Shown one piece after another: positions 27,012 through 35,281 of a DNA stretch of 47,628 bases. The notes below the pieces were generated by a model. That model was not told where the DNA came from. It was given only the letters and a program-made list of their open reading frames with translations, and searched no databases. This DNA comes from a virus: the IMG/VR virus record IMGVR_UViG_3300029258_001468; one strand, 5' to 3'. Every line of letters begins with the position of its first letter. Position 1 is the stretch's first letter. The translations under genes were made by a program, and so were the position numbers.

Positions 27012-28103
27012 ATGATAAAAGGAAAAGCGAACATCGTCCTTGACGGTCAGTGGGGTTCGACCGGGAAAGGTAAGCTCATCGGGTACTTAGCGCTAGCACA
27101 CGACGTGTCGCTGGCGACGTGCGACTTCATGAGCAACGCCGGACACACCTTCGTCGACGACGATGGAAAGAAGTATGTCAGCTGTCAAGTGCCTACCTCG
27201 TTCGTGAACACGGACTGCGAGCTGGCAATCAACGCCGGTGGAGCGGTCACGATAGATAGACTCCTCAAAGAGATAGAGGAGTTCGACGTCGCCGACCGCC
27301 TCACGATTCATCCGCACTGCGCCGTCATCACAGAGGAAGACCGGGACCACGAAGCGAAGGTGCTCGCCCGGATAAGCAGCACGTTGAAAGGCTGCGGAGG
27401 TTCTCTCTCCCGTAAAGTGATGCGAGTCGCAAAACTGGCGAAGGACGAGCCGAAGCTTAAACAGTGGATAGGCGACACCACCGCGTTGACTCAGAAGCAC
27501 CTGTCAATCGGTGGAACCGTGCTGGTCGAGGGAGCGCAGGGATTCGACCTCTCATTGAACCACGGGCACGAGTACCCGTTCGTCACGAGCAGGGATGTCA
27601 CGACGATGTCGATACTGAACAACGCGTGTATTCCTCCGCTGTGGCTCGGCGACGTGTACGGCTGTCTTCGCACGTACCCGATTCGAGTCGGGAACATGTT
27701 CGACGGAGAGGGCAACCAAATCGGCCATTCCGGTCCGTGGTACGACGACCACGAAGAGATCGATTGGGACAAGCTCAAGGCAACGTCCGGTTCCGACATC
27801 GACTTGACAGAGAGGACAACGGTCACGAACAAGGTCCGACGCCTCTTCACGTTCAGCCACTACCAAGTCCGCAAGTTCATAAGGGCCTGTGCACCGACCA
27901 AGCTGTTTGTGAACTTTGTCAATCACCTCTGCGCTGCCGACGTCGGAAAGACCGAGTTGGACGACCTGTCGGTGGAAACACGTATCTGGCTCAACGAGCT
28001 ACAGGAAACAGTCGGTGACGAGTGGATATCCGACGTCAAGTACAAACCCGAAATCAGCCACCTCGGAACCGGAGCGAAAAACGGCGACATGGTGGTGCTA
28101 TAA
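27012..28103 (+). CDS. purZ: PurZ-like adenylosuccinate-synthetase homologue (candidate N6-succino-2-amino-2'-deoxyadenylate synthase)
   Basis: PurA core motifs are present (GQWGSTGKGK, NAGHT, EGAQG, YPFVTS). It has only 363 aa, Ser-Thr replaces the PurA Asp-Glu pair, and the substrate loops are divergent. Phage context. Confidence 0.7.
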   Translation: MIKGKANIVLDGQWGSTGKGKLIGYLALAHDVSLATCDFMSNAGHTFVDDDGKKYVSCQVPTSFVNTDCELAINAGGAVTIDRLLKEIEEFDVADRLTIHPHCAVITEEDRDHEAKVLARISSTLKGCGGSLSRKVMRVAKLAKDEPKLKQWIGDTTALTQKHLSIGGTVLVEGAQGFDLSLNHGHEYPFVTSRDVTTMSILNNACIPPLWLGDVYGCLRTYPIRVGNMFDGEGNQIGHSGPWYDDHEEIDWDKLKATSGSDIDLTERTTVTNKVRRLFTFSHYQVRKFIRACAPTKLFVNFVNHLCAADVGKTELDDLSVETRIWLNELQETVGDEWISDVKYKPEISHLGTGAKNGDMVVL

Positions 28104-28112
28104 GGAGGCACC

Positions 28113-29255
28113 ATGCTTTACGGAGACAAAAAGAACGTGGTGTGGGTCATCGGTCGCCTTGCTGCCGGGAAAACGTCGCATATCCGTGGCATCATCGAAA
28201 CGGACCCGGACAAGCTCATGGCCGTTTTCCCCGGTCAAGCGTGCCGGGAGCACTTCGGTGCGCAGACCATGGCCGAATGTGAGAACCCGACCGCGCCCGA
28301 AATGACGGAGTCGTTCGTACGAAACCTCATCTGTGATGCAGTTGACAGGATAGAACCGGGCATGACGCTCTTCGTCGACGGTTTCCCTCGCACGCCGAAT
28401 CAGGTAGAGTGGCTGTACGACCAGTTCGTTCGGAACTCCGGGTTGGCGTGTATGTTCCTCGTTTACACCTGCGATGACGTAGTCCGCAAGGCGCGAGCGT
28501 TGAAGCGCGACGAGGGAACGAAGAACGAGTCGCTCATGAACGCTCGGCTCATCACCGACGACCGGAACCAGCTGCGCGTCCTCGAAGAGATTCTGATGCG
28601 GAACGCGTACGCAGTTGCCAACAAACGGCGGTCCGTACCGCTCACGCTCATTGACAACACCAAAGACATACCGCACATCGCCGGGATGCCTCCCTTCGTT
28701 CCTACTCAGTACGTGCCAATTGACGGGCGCATTGAACGAGCGATGGAGGACCTACGCGATGCGCCGGAGGTCGCCGGTATCTCGTTCGACGACCGGAACC
28801 TCGCGACGATGATGGCGTGCAACGCTACGCTGTCGGACCAAACGCTCGCTCCGCTGAACTTGACAATGGAGAAGCTGCGGTCCGAAGCGGTGCAGCACAA
28901 CGAAATGCCGTTGATGGCGACCCCGGTCGACTGGACCCGGCGCTTCGTGTCGCGTGCAATCGAGGAGCTGAACGAGCTACTGGAGCAGCTGCCGGAAACG
29001 TGGTGGTCGAAGGAGCTGGCCGACATCAGAAAGGCGCGTGTCGAGTTGATAGACGCGTGGCACTTCATGATGTCCGCGTCGCAGTCGCTCGGCATGGACG
29101 CGACGTTCTTCGCCCGGACGTACTACGCGAAGCTCAAGGTCAATCTCAAGCGTCAAGCGAACGGGTACGACAAACGTGTAAAGAAGAAAGGCGACGACAA
29201 CCACGTCGGCGTGGCTACTCGTCCCGGTAACGGGGAGGAGTCGACCGGCGAATGA
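28113..29255 (+). CDS. Fusion protein: adenylate-kinase-like NMP kinase (N-terminal) + all-alpha NTP pyrophosphohydrolase (MazG / dimeric-dUTPase / DUF550-like, C-terminal)
   Basis: P-loop GRLAAGKT and DGFPRT (adenylate kinase signature) within aa 1-185. AIEELNELLEQLPETWWSK ... VELIDAWHF (ExxE...ExxD metal motifs) within aa 270-320. Confidence 0.65.
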   Translation: MLYGDKKNVVWVIGRLAAGKTSHIRGIIETDPDKLMAVFPGQACREHFGAQTMAECENPTAPEMTESFVRNLICDAVDRIEPGMTLFVDGFPRTPNQVEWLYDQFVRNSGLACMFLVYTCDDVVRKARALKRDEGTKNESLMNARLITDDRNQLRVLEEILMRNAYAVANKRRSVPLTLIDNTKDIPHIAGMPPFVPTQYVPIDGRIERAMEDLRDAPEVAGISFDDRNLATMMACNATLSDQTLAPLNLTMEKLRSEAVQHNEMPLMATPVDWTRRFVSRAIEELNELLEQLPETWWSKELADIRKARVELIDAWHFMMSASQSLGMDATFFARTYYAKLKVNLKRQANGYDKRVKKKGDDNHVGVATRPGNGEESTGE

Positions 29256-30511
29256 GTGTCCTGTCCCCGGAGTTTCAGACGAACTTGACAAAGGCGATAC
29301 TGCAGGACCCGTCTTTTCTGTCAAGGTACCGGACCTACCTAGAACGCGGTATGTTCAAGGACGAAACCGAGTCCGACGTCGTGCGTCACGCATTGGAGTT
29401 CTACGACCAGTACAGTGCCACTCCGTCGCGTGACTCGTTCACGCTCTACTTGGAGAGGCAGAACTACTTGACAGAGGACATAGAGGAGTTGGTGCATCCG
29501 CTCTACGACGAGCCGGTGCTGAACATCGACTTCCTCGAAGACTCGTTGAAGGACTTCGTCAAGAAGACGCGAATCAAGGACGTGCTGTTGGAGAGTACGG
29601 TGTTGCTTGACAAGGGAGAATACGACCGCATATACGACCGCATCAAGAACACGGTGCTCTCCTTCGTGGACGGGGACGTCGGCGACCTGTTTTGGAAGGA
29701 CAAAAAGAAGGTGCTGCAGGAGCTTGACGCCGGAGAACAGTTCATTCCTACCGGCATCACCTCGCTCGACGAGAAGCTCGGTGGTGGTGCCGTGCGGAAG
29801 ACGTTGAACGTCATCGTCACTCCGCCTAACAAAGGAAAAAGCACGTCGCTGGTTAACGTCGGGAAGTACGCAGCGCTCGCCGGGTTCAACGTCGCGCACT
29901 ACACGTTCGAGCTTTCGGCGAACGTCATCAAGCGCCGGTACTTCATGGCGATGACCCGGATGAGCAAGAAGGAGCTAAAAAGGAAGAAGGCTACCGCGTA
30001 TGACAAGATACTCGACCTCGCCGACGGAATAGCGGAAGAGTCCATCATCGTCAAGCGGTACCCGGCGTACAGCTGCACGGTGCCGATGGTCCGGGAACAC
30101 ATCAACCTCGTGCGGAACAAGTACGGGTTCTTCCCGGACGTCCTCATCTTCGACTACGCGGACCTCATGCGCTCCACCAAGAGCTACGACCAGCGAAGAC
30201 ACGAGCTGTCCGAGGTCTACTACACGATGAGGGAGCTGGCCGACGAGTTCAACGCAGCAGCGTGGACCGCGTCGCAAACGAACCGGAGCGGAGCAAGCGA
30301 GGAGCTGGTCACGATGGAGGACCTCGCCGAGTGCTACGAAAAAGCAGCCTGTGCAGACGTTATGGTGTCTGTCAATCAAACTTTAGACGAAAAACGGTCT
30401 CGGCCACAGACGGCCCGGCTGTTCCTCGCTAAGAACCGGGACGACGTGTCCGAGGTGACGGTAGAGGTCGAGACCGATTGGGAGAGGGCATGGATAGGAA
30501 ACTTACTTTAG
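29252..30511 (+). CDS. DnaB-like replicative helicase (RecA-fold)
   Basis: GITSLDEKLGGG, Walker A PPNKGKST, Walker B LIFDYADL, and SQTNR. Confidence 0.8.
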   Translation: MSVLSPEFQTNLTKAILQDPSFLSRYRTYLERGMFKDETESDVVRHALEFYDQYSATPSRDSFTLYLERQNYLTEDIEELVHPLYDEPVLNIDFLEDSLKDFVKKTRIKDVLLESTVLLDKGEYDRIYDRIKNTVLSFVDGDVGDLFWKDKKKVLQELDAGEQFIPTGITSLDEKLGGGAVRKTLNVIVTPPNKGKSTSLVNVGKYAALAGFNVAHYTFELSANVIKRRYFMAMTRMSKKELKRKKATAYDKILDLADGIAEESIIVKRYPAYSCTVPMVREHINLVRNKYGFFPDVLIFDYADLMRSTKSYDQRRHELSEVYYTMRELADEFNAAAWTASQTNRSGASEELVTMEDLAECYEKAACADVMVSVNQTLDEKRSRPQTARLFLAKNRDDVSEVTVEVETDWERAWIGNLL

Positions 30512-30981
30512 GCCAACGCATAGCGAAGATGGCGAACAGACTGAACCCGAACAAAGGAGGTTTGCGCGTGTCAAGTGACAAGATGTGTGGTTGTGGAATC
30601 GAGTGTGAGTGTATAGTGGATGGAAAGTTGAAGCTGTGCGCTCCGCTCAATGTGTCGACTGTCAATTTCAAGTCGTGTCCGAATCCGGACCTGCAGCGCC
30701 CGGTAGAGCGCCCGGAGATTGAGGAAGACGTCGACAAGCTGAGAAAAGCGGTAGACGAGGTAGCCAACAAGACAAACGCCGAAGGTGAAAAGGCAGCACT
30801 AGCCGAAGGCAAGGTGGTGTACACCTGCCCGGTGCATGGCGACGCCGTTGACGCCTTGACCTTTTCCTCGCCTCAGCTCGGTGGAACGGTCGCGTATTGC
30901 ATGCAGTGCTTTGTCAAGCAGATGTCCCGAATCCTCAAACCACTGGAAACGACGAAGTGGACGCCACCGAAGAAGGATTGA
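30490..30981 (+). CDS. Hypothetical Cys-rich protein
   Basis: ORF with several CxC / CxxC pairs. Start ambiguous (TTG 30478, ATG 30490 or ATG 30529). Confidence 0.5.
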   Translation: MDRKLTLGQRIAKMANRLNPNKGGLRVSSDKMCGCGIECECIVDGKLKLCAPLNVSTVNFKSCPNPDLQRPVERPEIEEDVDKLRKAVDEVANKTNAEGEKAALAEGKVVYTCPVHGDAVDALTFSSPQLGGTVAYCMQCFVKQMSRILKPLETTKWTPPKKD

Positions 30982-31223
30982 CGGTTGTCAAGCAATACAA
31001 CCCGGTATGTTACCGGAGGGCTAGACGTGTTCCAGTTGTATCCGTCACTCAACGCCGACCAGCAGCAGCTCCCGGTAAACGACCGGCGCTAGTTGCAGCT
31101 GTAAAGCGAGTGCTGGAGAAGCTGGAACGCATCGAGCCTTTCTCCGTGCAGTGGGGTATGCTGTGCGGTATGGGGTTCGCAAGCGAACAACGACTACAGG
31201 AGTTCCTCGCATGCCACGAGTAG
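30978..31223 (+). CDS. Hypothetical small protein (TTG start)
   Basis: TTG overlaps the upstream TGA and follows GAAGAAGGA. The longer ORF from 30897 was rejected. Confidence 0.4.
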   Translation: MTVVKQYNPVCYRRARRVPVVSVTQRRPAAAPGKRPALVAAVKRVLEKLERIEPFSVQWGMLCGMGFASEQRLQEFLACHE

Positions 31224-32215
31224 ACCGTGACTACGTGTTCGAGCAGCTAGGCGATTTCCACCGTCGCAAGGAGTGGTACAACTTCCGGTGTCCGTATCAC
31301 CGAGGCGAGTCACTCAACTTCGGGGTGTCCTTCCGGGCTGGCCGGTTCCACTGCTTCTCATGTGGTGCTGCCGGTCCGCTGCCGGTCCTCCTATATGACC
31401 TGAGGGAAGGCACGGCGACGGGCTTCGGAGGCGGTCGTGGCCTCCTAGGGCCTAAGGCCCGACCCCGGCCCGGCGAGGCCAAGGAAGATACCTCGTCTGC
31501 GCTTTCTAAGCGCTTAAATTCGGGTCGGTCCGACCCCGGCCCGGAGGTGGACACCGACAGGTGGTTCCGGGACCGCTTCGAGGCCCTCCCGGAGGTGGCT
31601 GGCACGGCGCTTGCTGGTAAGATGGCGCTGGAGTACCTGCGCCGACGCGGAATACAGCTCGACCGGCTGGACGTTGGTCTACTTGACGGATACGAAGGTC
31701 GGGTGGTCTTCCCATTCTACGACCGAGGCAAGGTCGTCTTCTTTCAGGGCCGGTCATTCGTGCCGTCGCCGTTGAAGACCATCAACCCCGATGTTGAGGA
31801 CGGCTGGTATCCGAAAACCGACGTGCTCTTCCGACTTGAGTGTCTGAACGGTGGAACGGTCGTATTGACAGAGGGGATATTCGACGCCTTGAAGACGGAA
31901 CAGGCGATTGGAAGGTCACATCGAGCGAGTTGCCTACTTGGAAAGACCATCAGCCAAAGACAGATTCGGCTGCTCCGGTCTGCTGGCGTCGAGTGGATTA
32001 CCGTGTTCTTGGACGGTGACGCCAACAGGGAAGCAGCCGATCTCGCTATCAAGCTTTACAAGCACAAATTCGGCGTGCGCTTAGTCCAGTACCCTAACCA
32101 CATGCACGAAGCGGACCCCGGCTCGCTGGACGCCGGGACGATTCGCTCTCTTCTCCTTTCTGCTCGTCCTGTTGGTCCAACAACAGAGCTTGAGCTTGCT
32201 CTTTTATCCGCCTAA
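31211..32215 (+). CDS. DnaG-like primase (CHC2 zinc finger + TOPRIM) with a low-complexity insert encoded by repeat copy B
   Basis: CPYH...CFSCG zinc finger. TOPRIM motifs VLTEGIFDA and FLDGDANREAA. The linker GFGGGRGLLGPKARPRPGEAKEDTSSALSKRLNSGRSDPGPE is encoded by 31409-31545. Confidence 0.85.
   Translation: MPRVDRDYVFEQLGDFHRRKEWYNFRCPYHRGESLNFGVSFRAGRFHCFSCGAAGPLPVLLYDLREGTATGFGGGRGLLGPKARPRPGEAKEDTSSALSKRLNSGRSDPGPEVDTDRWFRDRFEALPEVAGTALAGKMALEYLRRRGIQLDRLDVGLLDGYEGRVVFPFYDRGKVVFFQGRSFVPSPLKTINPDVEDGWYPKTDVLFRLECLNGGTVVLTEGIFDALKTEQAIGRSHRASCLLGKTISQRQIRLLRSAGVEWITVFLDGDANREAADLAIKLYKHKFGVRLVQYPNHMHEADPGSLDAGTIRSLLLSARPVGPTTELELALLSA
31409..31545 (+). repeat. GC-rich structured repeat, copy B, in frame inside the primase gene
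   Basis: Shares GGGCCTAAGGCC, GGAAGATACCTCGTCTGCGCT and TCTAAGCGCTTAAATT with copies A and C. Internal 14-bp direct repeat CGACCCCGGCCCGG at 31460 and 31531. Confidence 0.7.
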
Positions 32216-32756
32216 TCTCCCTGCTGATAGTCGCTTTGCTGATGTCAAGTGACCGGGCTATCAGACTGTCCGGTATCGAGTCCGGGTTCAGGCTCATGAC
32301 GAGCTTGCCGGAGGCGCGTGCCTCCAGTTTGTGTTGCCGGACCGCCATTGACATCTGTAAAGTCTTATCGCTAGGAGCGAGCTTCTCCCGGAGTACGCGC
32401 TTGCCGAGGGCCGACAGGCGACGCTCCAGTGCTTGGATAAAGACGCGTGCCTCGACCTCGTCTTCGTGGCTGTCAATCGGAGCTTCCACGTTGTCTGAGG
32501 AAGAAGCAAACCGGGCGTGGTACCGCATCGCTTCGCGCTGCGCGTCTACGATTCTGTTGTACGCCGTCCTGCTGATGAGGCGGATGACGTCTTGCGTGCT
32601 CTTGTGTTTGTACCTGTCAATTGCGTGTAGGGCTGCGACGAGTCCTTCCTGCATGAAGTCGTGCGCTTGCAGCTGGTCGACCGCGTGCCGGTAGGCGACG
32701 ATGCGGACGCCGTTGTAAATCTTCCGGATGAACCAGCTCTTGTCAAGCATCTTCAT
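32094..32756 (-). CDS. Sigma-70 family (ECF-like) sigma factor
   Basis: Region 2 DFMQEGLVAALHAIDRY...RTAYNRIVD. Region 4 HTH LIARSLDISKATISREIRRIKEQ. Confidence 0.75.
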   Translation of the reverse strand: MKMLDKSWFIRKIYNGVRIVAYRHAVDQLQAHDFMQEGLVAALHAIDRYKHKSTQDVIRLISRTAYNRIVDAQREAMRYHARFASSSDNVEAPIDSHEDEVEARVFIQALERRLSALGKRVLREKLAPSDKTLQMSMAVRQHKLEARASGKLVMSLNPDSIPDSLIARSLDISKATISREIRRIKEQAQALLLDQQDEQKGEESESSRRPASRGPLRACG

Positions 32757-33063
32757 GGGACACCCCCATCTGCTTGTAGAGGCGCATCACGAAGGCCACG
32801 GTGTCGAAGTACTTCTTGTCTTCAACGAACCCGGAGCCTTGCAGCTTCTGCACCACCATGCGGATGACATCGGGCGGTTGACGGAGTAGACGTATCGTGC
32901 TGAGGTACGTCAGCTGAAACGAGTCTTTCCACGCGATTTCGAAGCGGTCCTCTTCTACCTTGTAAACGTTGATGATGTAGCCACGGGACGTCGTCACCGT
33001 GTAGCACTCCTTGAACTTTCCCCGGCGCAGCCGGTCCATCGTCTTTTTGAAGGCGTCTTTCAT
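32743..33063 (-). CDS. Hypothetical protein
   Basis: ATGA-coupled to the upstream gene. The longer ORF to 33138 was rejected. Confidence 0.55.
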   Translation of the reverse strand: MKDAFKKTMDRLRRGKFKECYTVTTSRGYIINVYKVEEDRFEIAWKDSFQLTYLSTIRLLRQPPDVIRMVVQKLQGSGFVEDKKYFDTVAFVMRLYKQMGVSHEDA

Positions 33064-33245
33064 TCGACCACCTCCCTCTGCAGGGCCGAAACCGTGACCC
33101 ACATCTGCCGGTTGCAACCACCGTCGTACTTCGTGCATTCTACTGTGTCAAGTACCCGAATCGGACACCGGCGACCGCAATCCTCACCGTAGCCGTCGGG
33201 GTCTTTGCACACCAGCAGCTTTTCTATCGTCTGCTTCTCGAACAT
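33060..33245 (-). CDS. Hypothetical small Cys-rich protein
   Basis: 61 aa, GAAGGAGG RBS. Confidence 0.55.
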   Translation of the reverse strand: MFEKQTIEKLLVCKDPDGYGEDCGRRCPIRVLDTVECTKYDGGCNRQMWVTVSALQREVVE

Positions 33246-33310
33246 GTGACCTCCTTCATATGGAGCGTGCCGGGCTTTCCTGCTCCCGGTACGTCCTTTA
33301 CAGGTGAGAA

Positions 33311-34378
33311 TTAGTTGTTGCTCGAAGCGTACACCATGCTGAGCATGTCGTTGATTTCGACTCGTTCTTTCATGTCAATGACCGTCGTGGTCTGCTTGGT
33401 CGGATTCGCTGCCGTCGCTTCGAGGATGGTCTCAAGCGCGACCTGCTTGTCCTTCGCTCCGCTTCCCATGAGGGCTGATTTGACGCGTGTCCGTTCCAGC
33501 TCTTCCTCGCTCCCGGACTGGTACACCTTCCGGTCGTGGTCGATGTAGTCGGTGAACGCGTTCAGCAGGGAGTACGCGGTGCCTCTCTGAGTCGGAAACG
33601 CGTTGCCGTCGTTGTCCTCGAAGTTCTCCAGCACGTTGGCTATCTTGTCCTGCACGATGGCGTTGCCGTTGTGGTTGGGGAACAGACGAGTCATGACCTC
33701 GAACGTCGACTCGTGGGTCATCTTCCGGGTGGCCAGCACGTTGAGCTTGTCCTCCAGCGTCTTGATGTTCGAGCGCACGTCGCTGAGTGCAGCAACGCTG
33801 TCGTTCATCCGCTCTTCCGCGTTCCGGGTGTGCTTGACACGCACCAATTTGCCGAGGTTCTTCGACTCGGCCATATACGCTGGCAGCTGGTTGTCGCAAA
33901 TACCGCGCACCGTGGAGATTGACACCTGAGCACAGCCCTTCTTTCCGTGGAAGGTCGTGAAGAAGAGGTAGGACTGGCTGATGTCGTCCGTGCCTTTGAT
34001 TCGAAGGTCCATCGGGACGCGAGCAAGGCACCATATCTGACGACCGTCGTCAATCGACCCGGCGAACGTGTAGTGTGCTCCGTCGACCGACTCCAGCAGG
34101 GAGTCTACGAAAGAGAACGCGAACTTGTTCTGTATCGGGGTGTAGTCTTTGCCGACCGCGCCGAGGAAAGCGTCGGTGTCCTGACGGAAGATGCCGAATG
34201 TCGGAAGTTCGAGACCTGCAGCTGTGTAGAGTGGACGCTTGTCAACCTGCCAGTCGAGTCCGGCCTTAACAATGGTCTGCTGCCATGTCTGTGCGTCGTC
34301 AACGACGGTGCCGAGCTTGTGGTAGCCTTTTCCAACTGTCATGATTTCTTCTTTTCCGTTTGTGAGTGTTGCGGACAT
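33311..34378 (-). CDS. DUF932-like (phage/plasmid-related) protein
   Basis: 356 aa from the ATG after AAAAGGAGGA. Its length and motifs (GKDYTPIQN, W.LA.., FTTFHGK...) recall DUF932/TIGR03299. Confidence 0.6.
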   Translation of the reverse strand: MSATLTNGKEEIMTVGKGYHKLGTVVDDAQTWQQTIVKAGLDWQVDKRPLYTAAGLELPTFGIFRQDTDAFLGAVGKDYTPIQNKFAFSFVDSLLESVDGAHYTFAGSIDDGRQIWCLARVPMDLRIKGTDDISQSYLFFTTFHGKKGCAQVSISTVRGICDNQLPAYMAESKNLGKLVRVKHTRNAEERMNDSVAALSDVRSNIKTLEDKLNVLATRKMTHESTFEVMTRLFPNHNGNAIVQDKIANVLENFEDNDGNAFPTQRGTAYSLLNAFTDYIDHDRKVYQSGSEEELERTRVKSALMGSGAKDKQVALETILEATAANPTKQTTTVIDMKERVEINDMLSMVYASSNN

Positions 34379-34437
34379 GAGTCCTCCTTTTACAAGGTGA
34401 TTGGTTTCGAGACCGAGCTGTGCCCGGTTCTCATTTG

Positions 34438-34698
34438 TCAATTGATGTGTAGCTGTAGCTCCCCATCGGGGTATTCGACGACCTGTCCATCTGTCAGCCG
34501 TCGTGCTGCTTCCTGCGAGAACAGCTTGTGGATCGCTTTACGCTTGCACTGCGCCGACTTGATGATGCTCTCCTCGACGCTGGTACCGAGAGCACGCCGT
34601 TTTTTCCTTTTAGTACGACGCGCCTTGTCAGCTACCAAGCCATTCCGCTCGTTTGCTGCCCGGTTCAACTTCACGTTGTCTCCTTTCTCCTCTGTCAA
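34438..34698 (-). CDS. Hypothetical basic protein
   Basis: 86 aa with an Arg/Lys-rich centre. Confidence 0.5.
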   Translation of the reverse strand: MTEEKGDNVKLNRAANERNGLVADKARRTKRKKRRALGTSVEESIIKSAQCKRKAIHKLFSQEAARRLTDGQVVEYPDGELQLHIN

Positions 34699-34713
34699 GA
34701 GGGTGGTTGGTGG

Positions 34714-35250
34714 TTAGGCTATCAGTTTATTTGCGTTCTTGGAACCGGCTCTGTAGTGCTCGTCTGCGATTTTAAACTTCCTGCTTTTCCATCCGCAGTT
34801 GGGGCACTCAATGCGCCTGTCAATTACGTTCGTGATGAGATCGTTCTCGGTGGTACCGCACTTCGGGCATATGACTTCCGACGGGTAGACCGCGTTCACG
34901 AACCCGTCGACGAAATGAGCTGCTGCCGTGACCTTGTCGAGGTACATGCGTTGGAGCTGAGCCATGAGCGGTTCGAAGACCGTGAGTTCGGTCGGAGTGC
35001 AGTATACGTATATCTGGTGCCCTTTTCCTTTGTAGTGTTTGACGCCGAGACCAAGCGAGTGGGCCAACCGTATCGCTGCCGAGTTGATGCGCCTGTTGCA
35101 CTTGATTCGGTACATGCTCTTTTCTTCTATGCTGTCAATCTGATGTTTCTCCATCAGCTTGTCAATCAGTCGCTGCGCGTTGTCGGCTTCCGGTCCGCCG
35201 GACTTCGCCATCGCTTGCAGCTTCCTGAGTTTGTCCATGATGTCGCCCAT
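34714..35250 (-). CDS. DUF2786-like protein with C-terminal zinc ribbon
   Basis: KLRKLQAMAKSGGPEADNAQRLIDKLM is typical of DUF2786. Contains CPKC...CPNC. The ATG is preceded by TTGACAAAGGAGAAGAAG. Confidence 0.55.
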   Translation of the reverse strand: MGDIMDKLRKLQAMAKSGGPEADNAQRLIDKLMEKHQIDSIEEKSMYRIKCNRRINSAAIRLAHSLGLGVKHYKGKGHQIYVYCTPTELTVFEPLMAQLQRMYLDKVTAAAHFVDGFVNAVYPSEVICPKCGTTENDLITNVIDRRIECPNCGWKSRKFKIADEHYRAGSKNANKLIA

Positions 35251-35281
35251 CTTCTTCTCCTTTGTCAATGATGGCAGAGGT

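Noticed and set aside
27012-28103. Housekeeping PurA acquired as an auxiliary metabolic gene
   Set aside because: I consider this less likely because of the short length, the altered P-loop acidic pair, the diverged substrate loops, and the linkage to the kinase/NTP-PPase and PolA genes. It remains the formal alternative until a phylogeny is done.
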